64,000 nucleotides of DNA from Rhina ancylostomus (GCA_030265395.1 JARFYF010000094.1:70950866-71014865); one strand, 5' to 3'. Shown: positions 24,363 to 39,054, counted from the first letter of the stretch. Notes: generated from the sequence alone by a model not told the origin. Numbers and translations: made by a program.

Positions 24363-26923
24363 ATCTAGGTCTACAAATAAGCAATATCAATTTATTTTGG
24401 CTTTTAATAATGGGGGATTTTCTTTCAGACTGAATTTCAATCTCATGGAAAAGAATCAATGCTCAGCTGAGGGTCCATAAACGTAAAAGAAACAATGTGT
24501 TAAAAGTTATTTCACAGCATCATCGAGTCATACAGCACAGAGATAGACCCTTTGGTTCACCATGTCACAACAGCCATCACTCAAAGGACAATGTTCAGGG
24601 ATGGTATAAGGGAAAGGTATACCCTATCGAGCTTTAGACTAGGTTAAATAACAATTGAATGCCTTTACAGATCAGCAAGATGGCAATGATCATAATTAGA
24701 ACTAAAACTTTGAGAAAATATCTTTACACTGAAGGAGGTTAGGATATGAAATTTTCCATCAAAAACCAGTTCAAGCAGATTTCAGAAATTCTTGAGACAA
24801 AAAAAATAGATAGTTGCTTGAAGGGTTAGAGAAGCAAGCTAGCAAAGAAGATTAGAGAAGATAAACAAAAGAAAACTGGCACAGACTTGTTGGACTGACA
24901 GGTCTTCATCTCTACTCAGAGATGAAGATAGAATTTGTAAGAGTCTCTTATAGCTCTAACAGTCTGGCGATTGTTTACCATTCCTTCTTAGTTAGAGGAT
25001 AGTTTTTTTTACCATGATTCATATTAGTCAACATAAAAAAAGATAAGTTCCTTAAATGTTTTGGGCACATTGCACTGTTGGCTTTGCATCAGAGAATTAC
25101 ATCTAAGGTTAGTTCTGAAATAAAACATTGATCCAGGTTTAGTGTGCTATATCTACATTCATTGAAAACATTACTACAATTTTTTTCCTACCTACTGTTT
25201 GTAACATGATAGCTGGAAGCTGTTGGCATTGTACATTAATTTTCTTTCATTTGTGACTAGAATGTGAACCTTGGGGTGAATAAGGTACAATTTTTGACCA
25301 GTTCTGTATTCTATAGCGTAATTCTTTGATTGCCAGTGGCAAGTGAAATGAAAGACTGTGTCAAAGAAGCAAGGGCCAGAGGTTAAGTTCTCCTCAATAT
25401 GCATTTCCTTCAGATGTGTCCACTTGCACGATGAAGGTAAACTGGTCAGAGTCACTCACGCAGTATTATGTTTTACAGGTTACGTCGCACCAAAGTAAAT
25501 TGTTGTTTTACCAAAGAGTGAAACATTATCTCTCTGCATTGAGATTACTTGACTAAATGACAGTAACAGCTGCTTTGGTGATCTAGCCATTGTGGCATTG
25601 GGGAGAAAACACAAAGCTGCTTTGAAGTGGCTTTCACTTTAAAAAAATGTAATATTTTGTAAGCTTAGTGCTGTTTCTTTAAGTGTGACCTCTGAACTGA
25701 TCTACTGATGACTGCTACACGTGCGCATATTGTGTTATAGCTGAACAACTACAGTGTGCCTGTATTTGCCATTAGGATTCAGCAGTAAAACACATGAAAG
25801 CAAATTAGAAAAAAATAAAGTTAGAAATCTATCCTGACCCATCAGTAATTGCAGTGATGAAACTGAGGAAAAACTTGTAATAAAAGAAAGCAGTACAGCA
25901 CTTTTAGTATTACTGATGTTTTTACCAAATAATATTTTAAAAATTTTATCCAAACATTAACTGATATAAGTTAGCCTGATTTTCTTTAAATGATCATTTT
26001 AGTTTAACCCTGAATAGAGCCAAAATAAAACTAAAAGCATTAAACTACTTCAGAAATCTGAAGTATTCACAAATAATATTAATTGTTATTTTAAGGGGTA
26101 GGCAATATAGATTTTGATCTTCATTATTAATCCCTTAGTTATCCAATGACTGGTAGTTCCAATTTATTTGCAAAATGCCAATGAAATTATGAAAAATAGA
26201 AAATGCTGGAAATGCTCAGCAGATCATGCAGCATCTGTGGACAGTGAAACAGAGTTAACCTCACATCATGAAACATTTAACATATTTTAAAATAGCAATT
26301 CAGAAAAGCTAAGAAAATGATGGGCAAGTTTTGGGTAACAGGATATTTTACCAGCATTAGGCTGGAGTTTACTTACTCTACTTAACTCTATTGTTTTTCT
26401 ATGTTGTCTGTTAATTAAACTATGGAAATTATTGTGTGAAATATACTTTTCTCCTCTGATCTATTAAGTGCATGGATGTTAGTGTCTAACTAAGTTTATT
26501 AAGAGCTTGAGGCCCTTGGTCAACAAAGAAATCAAACGAGTATTTTAGAAAAAGTTGTGGCTGCTGGCCATAGTAGATTTGAATTGCAATTTCTAAATTA
26601 AAGTTATTAGCTGTCCATTCTTAATACTGCAACATACTGATTCTTTTTTTAGCACTAAAGTAATTACCCATGTAATTCTATGACATCCAAAAGATCAGTC
26701 CAATCAGAATATTTTAATGTGTTCTTTGCAGTCAGCTAGAGTTACAATATATAGATATGGTATAATATTTGTTATTAAAATGAACTATAAACCACTGTCT
26801 TTTACATATTGATAAGATTTCTCCTGGTTTATTACATTATCTTTCAACTGTATATATTGTAACTGTGCAGCAGTCAGAAAAATGGTAGAAATTAGAAAGA
26901 AGTTAGAAGTTAGAACCCCCTCT

Positions 26924-27025
26924 CAGTCCTGATTCAGGGTTTCAACCCAAAACAATGACAACTCCTTTCCCTCACACAGATGCTGCTTGACTCACTGAGT
27001 TCCTCCAGCAGAGTGTTTGTTGCTT
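26924..27025 (+). mobile_element. Penelope-type repeat with decayed hammerhead motif
   Basis: CAGTC-CTGATTC-A-GGGTT-TC-AACCC-AAAAC-AAT-GAC followed by cacagatgctgcttgactcactgagttcctccagca. Confidence 0.65.
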
Positions 27026-28514
27026 TAGAAATTAGCATCTCTTCTGCCTGAGTTACAAAATATGTTCAGTTTGGGTGTTACAGCATTTGCTTTTTTGCAT
27101 TTTGCTAATGACAAAACTAAAGCACAGTGCATTTAATTTCACAACCATCCACTTTGTTTCAGAACTAAGATCATCTAAAAGAGGTAATTTCCAACTGCTG
27201 ATTTATTATGAGGTCCATGATCATACAGTGTACAGCAACTTTTAAAATTCATAATGTTTAGCAAATTTTCATTATGTACCTTTGTTTTAATTTTATCCTG
27301 CAGGCAATTTAAGGTGCTTGTGTGAAGTTTGCAACAGCAAGGAAAAGCTTAGATTGTGCCCACGGGTAGTAGAAGCATATACAGTAGCAATGTTTAAGAG
27401 GCATTTGGATAGGCATCTGGGATTAATTTAGATTGGTATCACGGTCAGCGCAGATATGTTGGGCCAAAAGGCCTGTCCTTATGTTCACAGCATTTGTAAC
27501 GTCATTTTCTTGAACTGACGATTACAGTCCCAGCCAACAGTTTGGTTAGGTTTTAATATCTGTGAAACATCATGGTGACCTGGATTAATTTAGCAATAAT
27601 TCAATTAACAATCCAAGTGTACAAGGTAATAAAAACCTCTTACGGTAGGATCTCTCCATTTCTACAAGGCCACGAAGGATTATACACTCCACCTCAGGGT
27701 TAGGGGTGTTAATCAAAAAGAGTTAGCAGGGGTAACCAATTTTATAGTAAAGTTGAGGTTGGGCTTTTTACTCAGTTATATTATGGAATCATAGTATAAA
27801 TGCAGTTATATTATGGAATCATAGAACATTATTAATATGTAAGTCAGCCAACAAGTTCAGTGCATTCCAAAGTATGCTGTGAGCTGGTTCATCCTAGACC
27901 AGGCTGGCTGCAGAGACGAACTGCCCACAATCACTACATGCCCACACTTACTTTTCCAGATGTAGAGGGGTGGACAAGCTAACCTCTCCCACCCTCCTCT
28001 GGCCCTGGAGTCTCAGNNNNNNNNNNCCCCGCCCCCCAATTCCTGCACCTGACAAGCATCCTGCAAGGATGAGAAAGCTCCAAGTGGTGAGAAGGCCCTG
28101 GGCATCAAGTTGTAGAAAGGTTAGCTGTAAAAGACATTATCAGATTACCAATTTTCCTCTTAGAGCGATTTAAAACTATTCAAATAGATTTTAATTAAAA
28201 ATATTAAAATATATAAAGTTAAATGTACTTAAAATCATATTAACACACTAACAAATAGTTGAAAATACTACATCAAAGTAAAATTTCTGGGCTTGCATTT
28301 TTCCATAAGGGCAGCAATCTCAGTCAAAACTTTGGGTCTCTTCTCATAACCAGTCCTCCCTGGGATATCCTGTCCCTCACCTCATTAAGTCACTGTGCTG
28401 CCTTTCGACTCAGCCATGGGTCCAGCAATGGAGACGACAGTCAGTTAAGCTGGATTTTGACCTTCAACCTTACCCTAACTCCTGTATTTGACAGTGAAGA
28501 TGCTGAAGACTGAA

Positions 28515-28690
28515 TTTTATTTAAATTTCAAAATTAGACTTTATTCATAATAAAAAATATATACAAAGGAAGGAACAGTGCAACACCTTAACATTCATGG
28601 TCATTAATTCAGTAATGCAAACTTTTTTTAATAAACCTAGTACGTTAACCACTCATGCAACCCCTGGGGTGATACACCCTTTCACTGTTG
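28515..28690 (-). mobile_element. Short retroposed insertion (L1/Tx1-like 3' end) with 14-bp TSD
   Basis: Exact TGCTGAAGACTGAA at 28501-28514 and 28691-28704; minus-strand AATAAA and A-rich tail abut the left TSD. Confidence 0.75.
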
Positions 28691-29399
28691 TGCTGAAGAC
28701 TGAAATGGCTGATGGCTGACACTGTTCATACCCGTGAGTGTGAACCTCCAGTACAGGTTGGTCAGTTTACAGGATCTACAACTCACATCACACAAACTGT
28801 ATTCTCAACCTTAACATCTCATTTTTCCTAGGAATTTGATGTATTTGCACATTATTTGCTCATTATATATGTCATTGAAAGTTTAATCTGATCATTAATG
28901 AAAACCATGTTTAACAATCTAATAACTGAATGCAGTGCTAGTCAGCTTCTCTGCACAGATAGATCAACCATCTAAACTGCAGATTCCCAATACTTCAAGT
29001 GGTAAGTTCTTCTTTGCTGTTTTAATTGTAGTTTTCTTTTAATTCGCTGCACTTCTCAATTGTTCCTCTGTTCCTTTTCAATCCTTAAATTTCAGCAATT
29101 AGGGAGATACATTGTTGGTCAAGCTCATCACTGAGATCCCAGATGACCCACTCTTCTCAACACAAAACCAGCTCACATGCATGTTATCAAGCAAACAGTT
29201 TTGAGCTAAATGGTGCAGATGGAAGTCCAACTAACATGGTACTTTTCAGGATGTCCTGCTCCACAGAACAACCCACTGTAATAAGTCCAACTACAGTTGA
29301 AGGGATTTTTACTTGTTACCTTTCAGCTGCTGGAAGAAGCCAGGTCCGTCAGCCTGCTAATAAACTTCCAAATGTCTCACTGGAGTTTCAGATTCAGGA

Positions 29400-31600
29400 A
29401 TTGGTGAGGAGATATTCTGCTTTTGCACTCATAGGACTCATCAGAAGAATACATCAGGAAACTGTTTCGGCTGTCACAAATTTCTGCCGTATAAACTTTG
29501 GAAGGGAATGTCATGGGATGGGAATGTGCAATTTCCCAGTCAAGGGTTACTGGCAGTGAAGTGACAAATCTCAGTTAATGCCTCTTGCTAGAGTGTCAAT
29601 CAGGAGAAATGTTTCCCTCACTGACCTTGGAGTCATCTTTCGCTGGTTTCACATTCTGGTTGAAATTTGTATCTATAACGACCACTCTAAAAATAATGAC
29701 GCATGAGCTAAAGAACCAATTAGGATCAGAAAGAGCACAGGAGATCCAACAATTAGCATATGACTACTGATGCAGGAACTTTTCGGTGTTGTCAGGACCA
29801 TCGATGGCCCAAACACCCAAGAATCCACTCCACTGAGCATTAGTAATGGAGGAGAGAGATGGTCAGTGCCCACTAGAAGAAACACTTTCAGGATCTCATC
29901 AGTCAAGTATCTATGATGAAGTGTCCTTGCCTTTGTCTCACAGGCATGATCTGTTATGATCTCACCATTGCTCAGGAATGAGGTTATGTACTTCTGGTGT
30001 GAATTCATGGCCTCCCTCATCTAAGAACAGGAAAACATGCCAGGGGACTTCTAAGAGGTTGTAATCATGGCCAACTTCAAGAAAGGAGGCATTCAATCGT
30101 GGTAAGAGAAGGGTCTCACTGCCATCTGCCACAAGGAAAGTCCAGTAGCTAAAGAGGTCTTCCCACAGTCACAAAGCAGATTTTGTCTATAAAGACGTAA
30201 AATGCACATCATCGCCACCACATTACAAATCCAAACAAGATGTTGCCTGGATTGCAGCTCTTTGAATAGCTTGGGCTTGATTTCCCTGGAGTGTAGGAGA
30301 CTGAGGGGTGACCTGATAGAAGTATATAAAATCATGAGAAGCATAAGTAGATAGTTAAAATCTGTTTCCCATGGTAGCAGTGTCATTAACAAAAGAGCAT
30401 AGTTTTAAGGTGAGAGGTAGGAAATTTAAAGGAAATCTTAGGGGTAAGTTTTTTTTACACAGACACTGTTTGATATCTGGAATGCTTTCCCAGAGAAGGT
30501 AGCGGAATCAGGTACAATTACCATGTTTAAGAGGCATTTAGACAGACACTTAAGTAGGGAAGGAATAGGATATGGTCCTAATGTGTGCAAATGGGGATCA
30601 ATGTAGATGGACAAAAGGGTCAGAATGGAATGACAGGCCAAATGGCCTATTTCTATGCTGTCCAACTCTATGCATCAGCAATCACAGTAAAATTCATTAC
30701 GACCTCAAATCCATCGATTGAGAGGGACTTATGGAGTATCCTTCTCAAATTTAACAAGGCATGCCATGAGCATCGTCAATTAGTTCACCATGACCCAATC
30801 CCACTGCAGAATGGGGTGAAATAAGGAGCATGTGCAGAGGCCGAGCTCCAAGGCATCACTGGCTCCTTAACTGCAGCATGCAGGAGGATGCTGCACCAAC
30901 CATCCAGGGGGCAAAGATCTGCTGCCAAACTACTTCTGCTCCTAAGCATTGCTCTCCAAAATTCAGAATAATAGGAAATCAGAAAACTTGGGTCAATCCC
31001 TGTCTTTGAAGCCACCTCGCTGCAAAAGTAGACTTAGATGACAAAATCTATTACTTCCTCCAATGCACCGACACAACCTTGGCCAAGGAGAGAGGGTTTT
31101 TAGATCGGGTACTCAAATCTTGGGGAAAAGCTCATAAACTACAGCGGTGATCTTTCCCCTCTGCATGCTTCTGAGTGATTGACGGGTGCCCCAAAGACTG
31201 GAGAGATATCACCCATGATGCCTCTGCAAAATCTTGAAAATCAAATGGTAGGATAAGTAAACCAATGTTATTGTCCTCCCCAGACCAACATCCCCAGCAT
31301 CGAGGCACTGAGACTCAACCAACTCCATAGGGTAGTCAAGACCATCTGTATGTCTGACACCCGACTCTGAAAACTAGCCCTCTATTCCAAGCTCCATTAT
31401 TGGATGAGATTTCCTAGAGGCAACTGAAAGCATTTCAAGGATCTTTTCAAAGTCTCCTTGAAAAATAGTAGCATCTGCAGCAACTGACCTCTCGAGATCA
31501 AGAAGAAGCAAGTCATCCTCAACCCCAGGGATCTGCCAATGTGGTAGGTAGCAAACACTTCTTTGTTTACAGAATCAAAGTACAAGTAAGTGGAATAAGA
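29400..31600 (+). mobile_element. Highly decayed RTE-clade LINE
   Basis: Piecewise translation: ELKNQ…ERAQEIQQLA; ENMPGDF*EVVIMANFKKG; LWSILLKF; DPIPLQNGVK; KILKIKW…TNIPSIEAL; DTRL*KLALYSKL; FKDLFKVSLK. Confidence 0.75.
30235..30672 (+). mobile_element. CR1 3' fragment nested in the RTE element
   Basis: ctggagtgtaggagactgaggggtgacctgatagaagtatataaaatc…ggccaaatggcctatttctatgctg…ctctatg. Confidence 0.8.
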
Positions 31601-31639
31601 GAAGAAAATACTCAAAATGCTCGCCAGGTGATATCTGAG

Positions 31640-31945
31640 GAGAGATACATTTAGACAGTTAAAGGAATAGGAAATGTTTAGAGAGCTACATTTAAGAGAC
31701 TCTTTGATGGCCACATGAATGATAGAGAAATGGAGGGCTACGTGGGAAGAAAGGGTTAGATAGATCTTAGAGCAGGATAAAATGTCGGCACAACATTGTA
31801 GACCGAAGGGCCTGTACTGTGCTGTAATGTTCTATGTTCTATATGTGGTTCAAATGCATGCATATGGGACTAGCTCGATTAGACAACTTGGTTGGCACAA
31901 ACGAGTTGGGCCGACGGGCCTGTTTCTGTGCTGAATAACTCTAAG
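31640..31945 (+). mobile_element. Two nested CR1 3' ends
   Basis: Inner copy ~31685-31841 ends in gttctatgttctat; outer copy resumes with gttgggccgacgggcctgtttctgtgctg. Confidence 0.75.
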
Positions 31946-32764
31946 AGATAGATTTAACACTTCAGTCTGATGATTTTCCATCAGTTCTAAAAAGTAATTG
32001 ATCTGAAATATTAATTCTTGTTTCTCTCTCCATAGGTACTGCCTGATCTACTAAATATCCCCAACATTTCTTTTATTTTAGGTCTTCAGTGCCTGTAGTA
32101 TTCAGAATTTGTATTATAAGCAAATAGAAAAACACAGGTGTAATATATGCAGGCAAAGTGTTAATCCAATTGAAATTCTTTTCGTTTTGAAAATAATACT
32201 TTTCTAAGAAATGCTTGAGTAGTGCTATTAATACTTGGAAAATGATTTAAATACTGGATAGATCAGGTGACAGAGAGAGCAACACCTCATTTTGGGAGAA
32301 AATTTGTGTTTGTATAGTTTCCATATGCTGAATGCAAACTTTCATTTAAAGTCGTGTAAAATCTACATCAATAGCAGAAAATCTACACTTACAAATCTAC
32401 TTTATTTCACTATTTAACAAAAATTGCCTAAAGACAAATAAAATGAACAAACAGCAATGGCCTGAGATTTTGCAACACTTCCTAGTCATGATAAAAGGAA
32501 CAGTGGGCAGGATTTTCCGCTAGAATTGTGCTGAGTACTTGGCATGACCTGATCAGGAAATCATCACTGGAGCCATTTGGCCAGATCCCTGGTCTCTCCA
32601 ACCACTTCTCAGAATTGCAGTCAGATTACATTAATTCACCTGTAACTCAGTGCTGGAAAAATTGGATGCAGAACTGTGGGTTCTCGTTTGCAGACATCAC
32701 TCTTTAATGGAGCATAAACAGACCCAAGCTGGATCTAATTGACTCATAGCCTGAAGGGCTGGAC

Positions 32765-33030
32765 TAATTTTCATCTACATAGCACCTTTCACCCATTGAA
32801 CATTTCACAAAATGTTTCATAAACAGACTTGTTGTTTTGGAATCATTGCTCCTATGAACAACAACTTTATCAGTCAATTTGCACACCTAAAATGAGCAGC
32901 CCAGTTTTGGTGATGTTCATTTGGTGCATAAACATTGGCTAGGAAATTAGAGAATAATTGTACTTCTTAAAAGAGTGGCACTGAAACGTTTGCATCTACC
33001 TGAACAGGCAAATATGGTCACGGTTTGAGA
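32765..33030 (-). mobile_element. Decayed DeuSINE
   Basis: catctacatagcacctttcac…caatttgcacac…ttggtgatgttc…catctacctgaacaggc is the reverse complement of the DeuSINE tail and body. Confidence 0.55.
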
Positions 33031-34612
33031 TCAGAACCACTAAGGTTCAACTATATAGTTGTCCCTCACTTAAATTTCCTCTTTTTATCCCACAGACACC
33101 ACCCCACCTCCACAACCATCCAGCCTAACTTTTTCAGGGTCTGGAGGCTAGCCAGGCCAACTGATCATGTCCAACAGGTGACACTCATTATCTGAGCTCA
33201 TAAGTATAGATTGTAGCTGACTGACAATCAAGAAGTGATAAGTTCCTCTACTCCAACATGTCTTCAAGTGTTAAAAAGAGTTAATGAGTACAGAACAAAC
33301 CATCAGTAACTATATTCAGATTGCTAACCACAATATGGCAGAAAATGTTTTGAAATAAACAACTTTTAAATTTAAGTTGCCTTGTCAAACTAACCAGATA
33401 ACTCATACTATGTCCAAACAGATTTGATTTCTTACCCAATTAGTTTAATATCGTTGTTTATTTTCTCCTTATTTATGCATTCTGTTTCTTTTCCCTTTTT
33501 CCTTGTTTAACTATATGTTCCTCTTTCTTGTGTAATGGGACAGAATAACATTGCTATGATAATAAATTAAATAATTTATCTTACCAGCATCAACAGTCCA
33601 TTCTGCACTGTGATGTTGTACTGTCAAGAAATTAACTGCAAGAGAGTGCACCCAGTGTGATAACCATCTGTAGGTGAAAGAAACTTCAGAAAACTGAACT
33701 TTGGGATACTCAGCAATGAGATTTCAAATGGTGAAGAGAGCTGTAAACTTTTCTTTAGAGATCAGTGAAAACCAATGGAAATAATTCCAAACTGTAAGTA
33801 ATTCTAGCAGAGGAAATCATATTTTAAAAAAACAAGGAAACTAATCTAATGCTCATGTTAGGAGAAGGCAAACACAAACCACCCCATTCCCAATTCTGTC
33901 TGCATATTTGGCCACTAAATCCATCATCAGAAGGGATTAATCAACAACTCTATATGAACACATAAAAGGAAGTCCACTGATTATCTTTGCTGACTTTTAT
34001 AAAAAAGCTATTAGCAGATATTGTTCTTAATAGCACAAGAGTTTTTGCATGATTACTCAATAATTTTAGCAGTGCAACACCTGACCACATGGTGGCAGGA
34101 TTTGGCAACATGATACCAATATATTCAGGTTCTGCCAACAGAAGAACACAAACAACTGTGTGGATCCCAGATTTTGTGCAGTATATGTTGCAGACTTAAA
34201 ACTTTATGATAATATCCAATTATATATGGTAAGCCTCAAAGGTTTTAACATTCTGATTGCTCAATGTAACTGCGATGTAACAGAACAGTTCAGCTTGAAT
34301 ATATTTAACCACTACAATCATCTTTTTTCCCATTATTCACTGATGCTATCTGCATTTTTCAGCCTTCTTCACATATTCAAGATTAGTGATACACACTCGA
34401 ACATTGTTTGTTATCTTAATCCTAATTGTGATCAGGAATATGAACTGCAACTAATTTAGCATATTATGGTTATCAATTTTCAATTACTATATTGATTTTT
34501 TCCCTACTCCAACCATGATTCTATATATAGCACTATGATTACTGATCACTCTTGAAAAATAAACACTTGGATGGGATAGCTTGACTCTCATGGGGAAGTT
34601 TGCAAAAGATGT

Positions 34613-35570
34613 AAACATAAGAACATGTCAATACATAAGAACACCAGAAAGCCAGTTGGTCCCCCAAGCCTGCTGCACCATTCAATAAGCTTATGGCAAC
34701 TCTTGGCTTCTACATCACATTCATTCTCTCTTTCCCACCCCCACCCCCCCCCAACCTCATGTCCCTTGGCTCCCTTGTAGTTTGAATATTTGTCATTCTT
34801 TGCCTTCAATTTTTAAATGACTGTCTACAAATCCCTCCAGGATAAAGAATTCCAAAGAGTCATAACCCTCTAAGGAAAGAAATACATCTGAAATGGACAA
34901 CCACTTGCTCTTAAACTATGTTTCACAAGGAAAAACATCTTCTCAGCATAAATTTTGTCAATACCCCTCAGAAACTTATATGCTGCAATATGTTCATTTA
35001 TTTACACTACAATGAATAATGCCCCAACCTGTTCAACATTTCTTTATATATCAACACCTTCAGCCCAACAATCACTTATTGAACCTTCTCTGGACTGCCT
35101 CTTAATGCAAGTACATCCTTGTTTAAACACAAAGAGCAAAACTGCATGCAGTTGTCCAGTTGCAGTCTCACTAGCAGCCTGCAAAGTTGCATCAAAGTTT
35201 CCCTTCTTTTATACGCCATACTACTTGTCCTAAAGGCCAACTTTCCTTTAGTCTTCCTAATTACCTGCTGTAACTGCATGCTAACTTTTTTGTGTTTCAT
35301 GTGCTGGGATCCCTAGATCTCTTCGAATTCCAAAATTTTACAGTGTCACATTTTCTCCTATTAAACGCCATGTGCCAACTTCTTGCCCACTCACTTAATC
35401 TATCTATTGCGCTTTGCAGTGTTGTTGTGATATCATCACAACTTGTTTATCAACGAATTTTGTATCTTCAGTAAAACTAACTGCAGCACATTGTATCTCT
35501 TCAGCCAAGTCATCAATATAGATTATAATTAGTTGAGCCTCCAGCACTAACACCTGTGGCACCCCAGTCT
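34613..35570 (-). mobile_element. Decayed CR1 LINE
   Basis: Minus ORF KVSMQLQQVIRKTKGKLAF…YKRRETLMQLCRLLVRLQLDNCMQFCS; AAGAACAT tail at ~34613-34645. Confidence 0.8.
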
Positions 35571-38500
35571 TTACTGACTTTATTTTACTATATACTCTTA
35601 CTGTCTTAATTTTTTAATCATCTTTTGTTAGTCTCTAATTATTTCTCAATCCTGTGGCTTAACATTAATCTTCACAACTTTGTATATACCTTTTCTTTCA
35701 ATTTTAATTTCAATAACATCCTTATTTTGNNNNNNNNNNNNNNNNNNNNNNNNNNNNNNNNNNNNNNNNNNNNNNNNNNNNNNNNNNNNNNNNNNNNNNN
35801 NNNNNNNNNNNNNNNNNNNNNNNNNNNNNNNNNNNNNNNNNNNNNNNNNNNNNNNNNNNNNNNNNNNNNNNNNNNNNNNNNNNNNNNNNNNNNNNNNNNN
35901 NNNNNNNNNNNNNNNNNNNNNNNNNNNNNNNNNNNNNNNNNNNNNNNNNNNNNNNNNNNNNNNNNNNNNNNNNNNNNNNNNNNNNNNNNNNNNNNNNNNN
36001 NNNNNNNNNNNNNNNNNNNNNNNNNNNNNNNNNNNNNNNNNNNNNNNNNNNNNNNNNNNNNNNNNNNNNNNNNNNNNNNNNNNNNNNNNNNNNNNNNNNN
36101 NNNNNNNNNNNNNNNNNNNNNNNNNNNNNNNNNNNNNNNNNNNNNNNTGATTATTCTAGTACCTTCCTTGAGCCCCTGTTATTTGGCCAGAGAAAATCTA
36201 ATGGTCAATTTATGAGGAGTGGTCTATAGATGTGATCACTTCTAACCTAAAATATTGTACACATTATAGTCATTAGCCTAGATTTTGCTGCCAGCAGTTT
36301 CAAACAGAAACATTACCAGTGTAAGTTACAGCTGGTCTGTGAATCCCAAGCATGTGTCACTTGGAAGGCCAAATTTACTCAGCATTAACTGGAGCTCAAT
36401 GTTTCAATACGGCCCCCTCATGGAATCTCCCATCAGCTGAGATCCACTTCCTGGAAATTCCAGCCTTTAAATGGGAATTCAGTTTATCTACCCTGCACCC
36501 ATTCAGACAATCCAGATTATAGGGCTGTGAGAAGACAGATAAGGAGAGACTAAGTTTCTTTTAATTTAAAAAATTGTCTATTATTTAATGTTTATATTGA
36601 CTTAAAAGTGTTTAGTTCTTTTTTTACTTTAAACACATTTCATTTAGAGTTTGTAAGCTTTACTACACATTAAATGTTTGTGTCAAAGACATGCAGAAAT
36701 GTTTTAAAGTACTTTTGGTTTTGACACTTGACAAAGCTGGGAACAGGGTTTTGCTGGTTTTTAAAGCTCTCAGGGAAGTTTTGGAGATGAGGCTTTTCCA
36801 TTTCATTGTATGAGGTCCTACTGCATCACTGGGTTTCATTACTGGAATCCAGGATGCTTAAGGACAGCAAGTTAGGTCCTCCACAACCAGACCAGGTAAG
36901 GTAGGATGTGGGGTGACCACAGGTTGTGATTACAAGCAGTGAGACTATGCCAGCAAAATCTGGACCATTGTATTTGTGACTTGATGACAGACGTCCTTCG
37001 ATTATTCCCAGTTGTCTTGTTTGACTAATTGTCATTTCCTTACAAATTTCTCTCTGGGACTATATTGACTTTACTGTTTTCCAACATGCAAGCTCTTCAT
37101 TGGTAACACAATCATTCTTCATGTCTATTTCTAGCAGGCCATGGAAAGTGGTCACAACAGCTATGTCCAATCTTCCTCATTCCCAGCCTTCACACATTCA
37201 CTTTCCGATGTTTAATCCCCTTTCACTTTGCCTTATTTGTGTCATTTAATGCAATAGCAAACCAACAACATGGAATTTTGTTCCTGTTCTTTTATTTCAT
37301 GTAAAAGATCATTTTATTACTCCAGGACAATGCAGATAATGAACAGGCAGAGAGGTTATCCCCATTATAAAACCTACCAGATTTTCATTTGTTTAAAATC
37401 AATAAGATGAAAATTCTTCAGATTTCACCAGGAGCAAATGGACAGTAAATGAATATCAAAGCTGCAGATGCTGAAACTGTGAAATAAAGTATTTTCTACC
37501 ATTTTCTGTTTTTATTTCTGATCTGTACTACAAAGTTACCATCCTTCAGAGAAGTTCAAAATTACTCCCAGTGTTTCTGGTTAAAATATTACTCATATCT
37601 ACAAACAACAGTGCCGATCTTTGTTTTGTGGAGGGTCAATAATTCTCATCATATGTTTCCTTTAATGTGCTTTGCATTTGAACAATGTTTAAATCAGTCG
37701 GTAATTTCACTAGTTTTTGCATATAGCCATAACAAATGCATCATCAATAAATTAACTATCTATTTAGTACATGCTGATAAATAGCTGCTTCAGNNNNNNN
37801 NNNNNNNNNNNNNNNNNNNNNNNNNNNNNNNNNNNNNNNNNNNNNNNNNNNNNNNNNNNNNNNNNNNNNNNNNNNNNNNNNNNNNNNNNNNNNTGCTTCA
37901 GGGAGCGTCACTGAAGTGATCTATTGCAATGTCACAAAATTTTTAAAAATAATCTAATTTTATTTCATTCTTTGAAGAGGTAATATGAATGAGCTGCCTT
38001 TAGGTTGCTGTGTTGTATCTCAGTGAAACTATATTTTGCTTGCTGTACAATAATGTAATAATATTGGGTATGCTTTCTATTTAGTTTTTTTTTAAGATGA
38101 ACTCTTATCCCAAATTAGTTCTAAAATACCCCATGGCAGTTCTATACATGGCAACTTTGAAGTGCTGGAAATATGAAAACAGAATATGAATTTCCTCACA
38201 TTCTGAAGTTCTAGGCCCTAAAGCACTGAGCTGTGAATTATATTGCTGATAACATTTCAGAGCCTGTATTAATTTATCTGGGATTGATTCAGTAGAATTT
38301 TTTTTACTTACAGTAATCTGTGTTGGGCAACCCCCAGGCAACTGTAACATGTACAGAGCAGTAGTAGGCAGGAGATATCAATGAGAGATCCTGACTGGCT
38401 TACATTTAATTGAAAGGTGGTGGATTATCATTGACTGAAGAAAATGAAGCAGATTGCTAACCAAATAAGAGGCATCTGATGTCCCAAGAGGAATGCAGGT

Positions 38501-39054
38501 TTATACTGGAAAGTTAAAATTGTAGTTGATAACAATTTATGTCAATTTAGAAGAATTAATTCTGACCACAAGTAGTACATTGGTTCAATCTGTGATTTCA
38601 AAATCTAATGGCAAAAATGAACCAGAAAATAAAACAGATGTACAGAGTTGTGTGAAACTGAGGAACGTAACAAGTAACATCACCACTGAAGAAAACCTCA
38701 ACACTTGCCATTTTCTGATAACAAAAATTTAAACTTTATTTATCCAGCACAGTAACAGGCCCCTCCAGCGCAACGAGCCCACACCACCCAATTACACCCA
38801 TGTTAACCTACTAACCCGCATGTCTTTGGAACTTGGTCTTACTGATTCTGCAGTCCTCTCTTTGTAATTTATTTCTCTTAATGGCAGCAATAGTTGACAA
38901 ACATGACAATGCAGTATATATTATCAGATATATTACCAGTTATTTTCCTGATGTTCTTTATGGCTTATCGTAGGGAATTTTGCTAACCTTTTGATGCTTT
39001 GTAGCTAAGCTGTAAATTTCCATTACAAAAATAATAGAAATTATTCAGACATTT

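Noticed and set aside
27773-27825. 22-bp unit repeated twice with a 30-bp period
   Set aside because: Simple local slippage duplication; only two units and not an array
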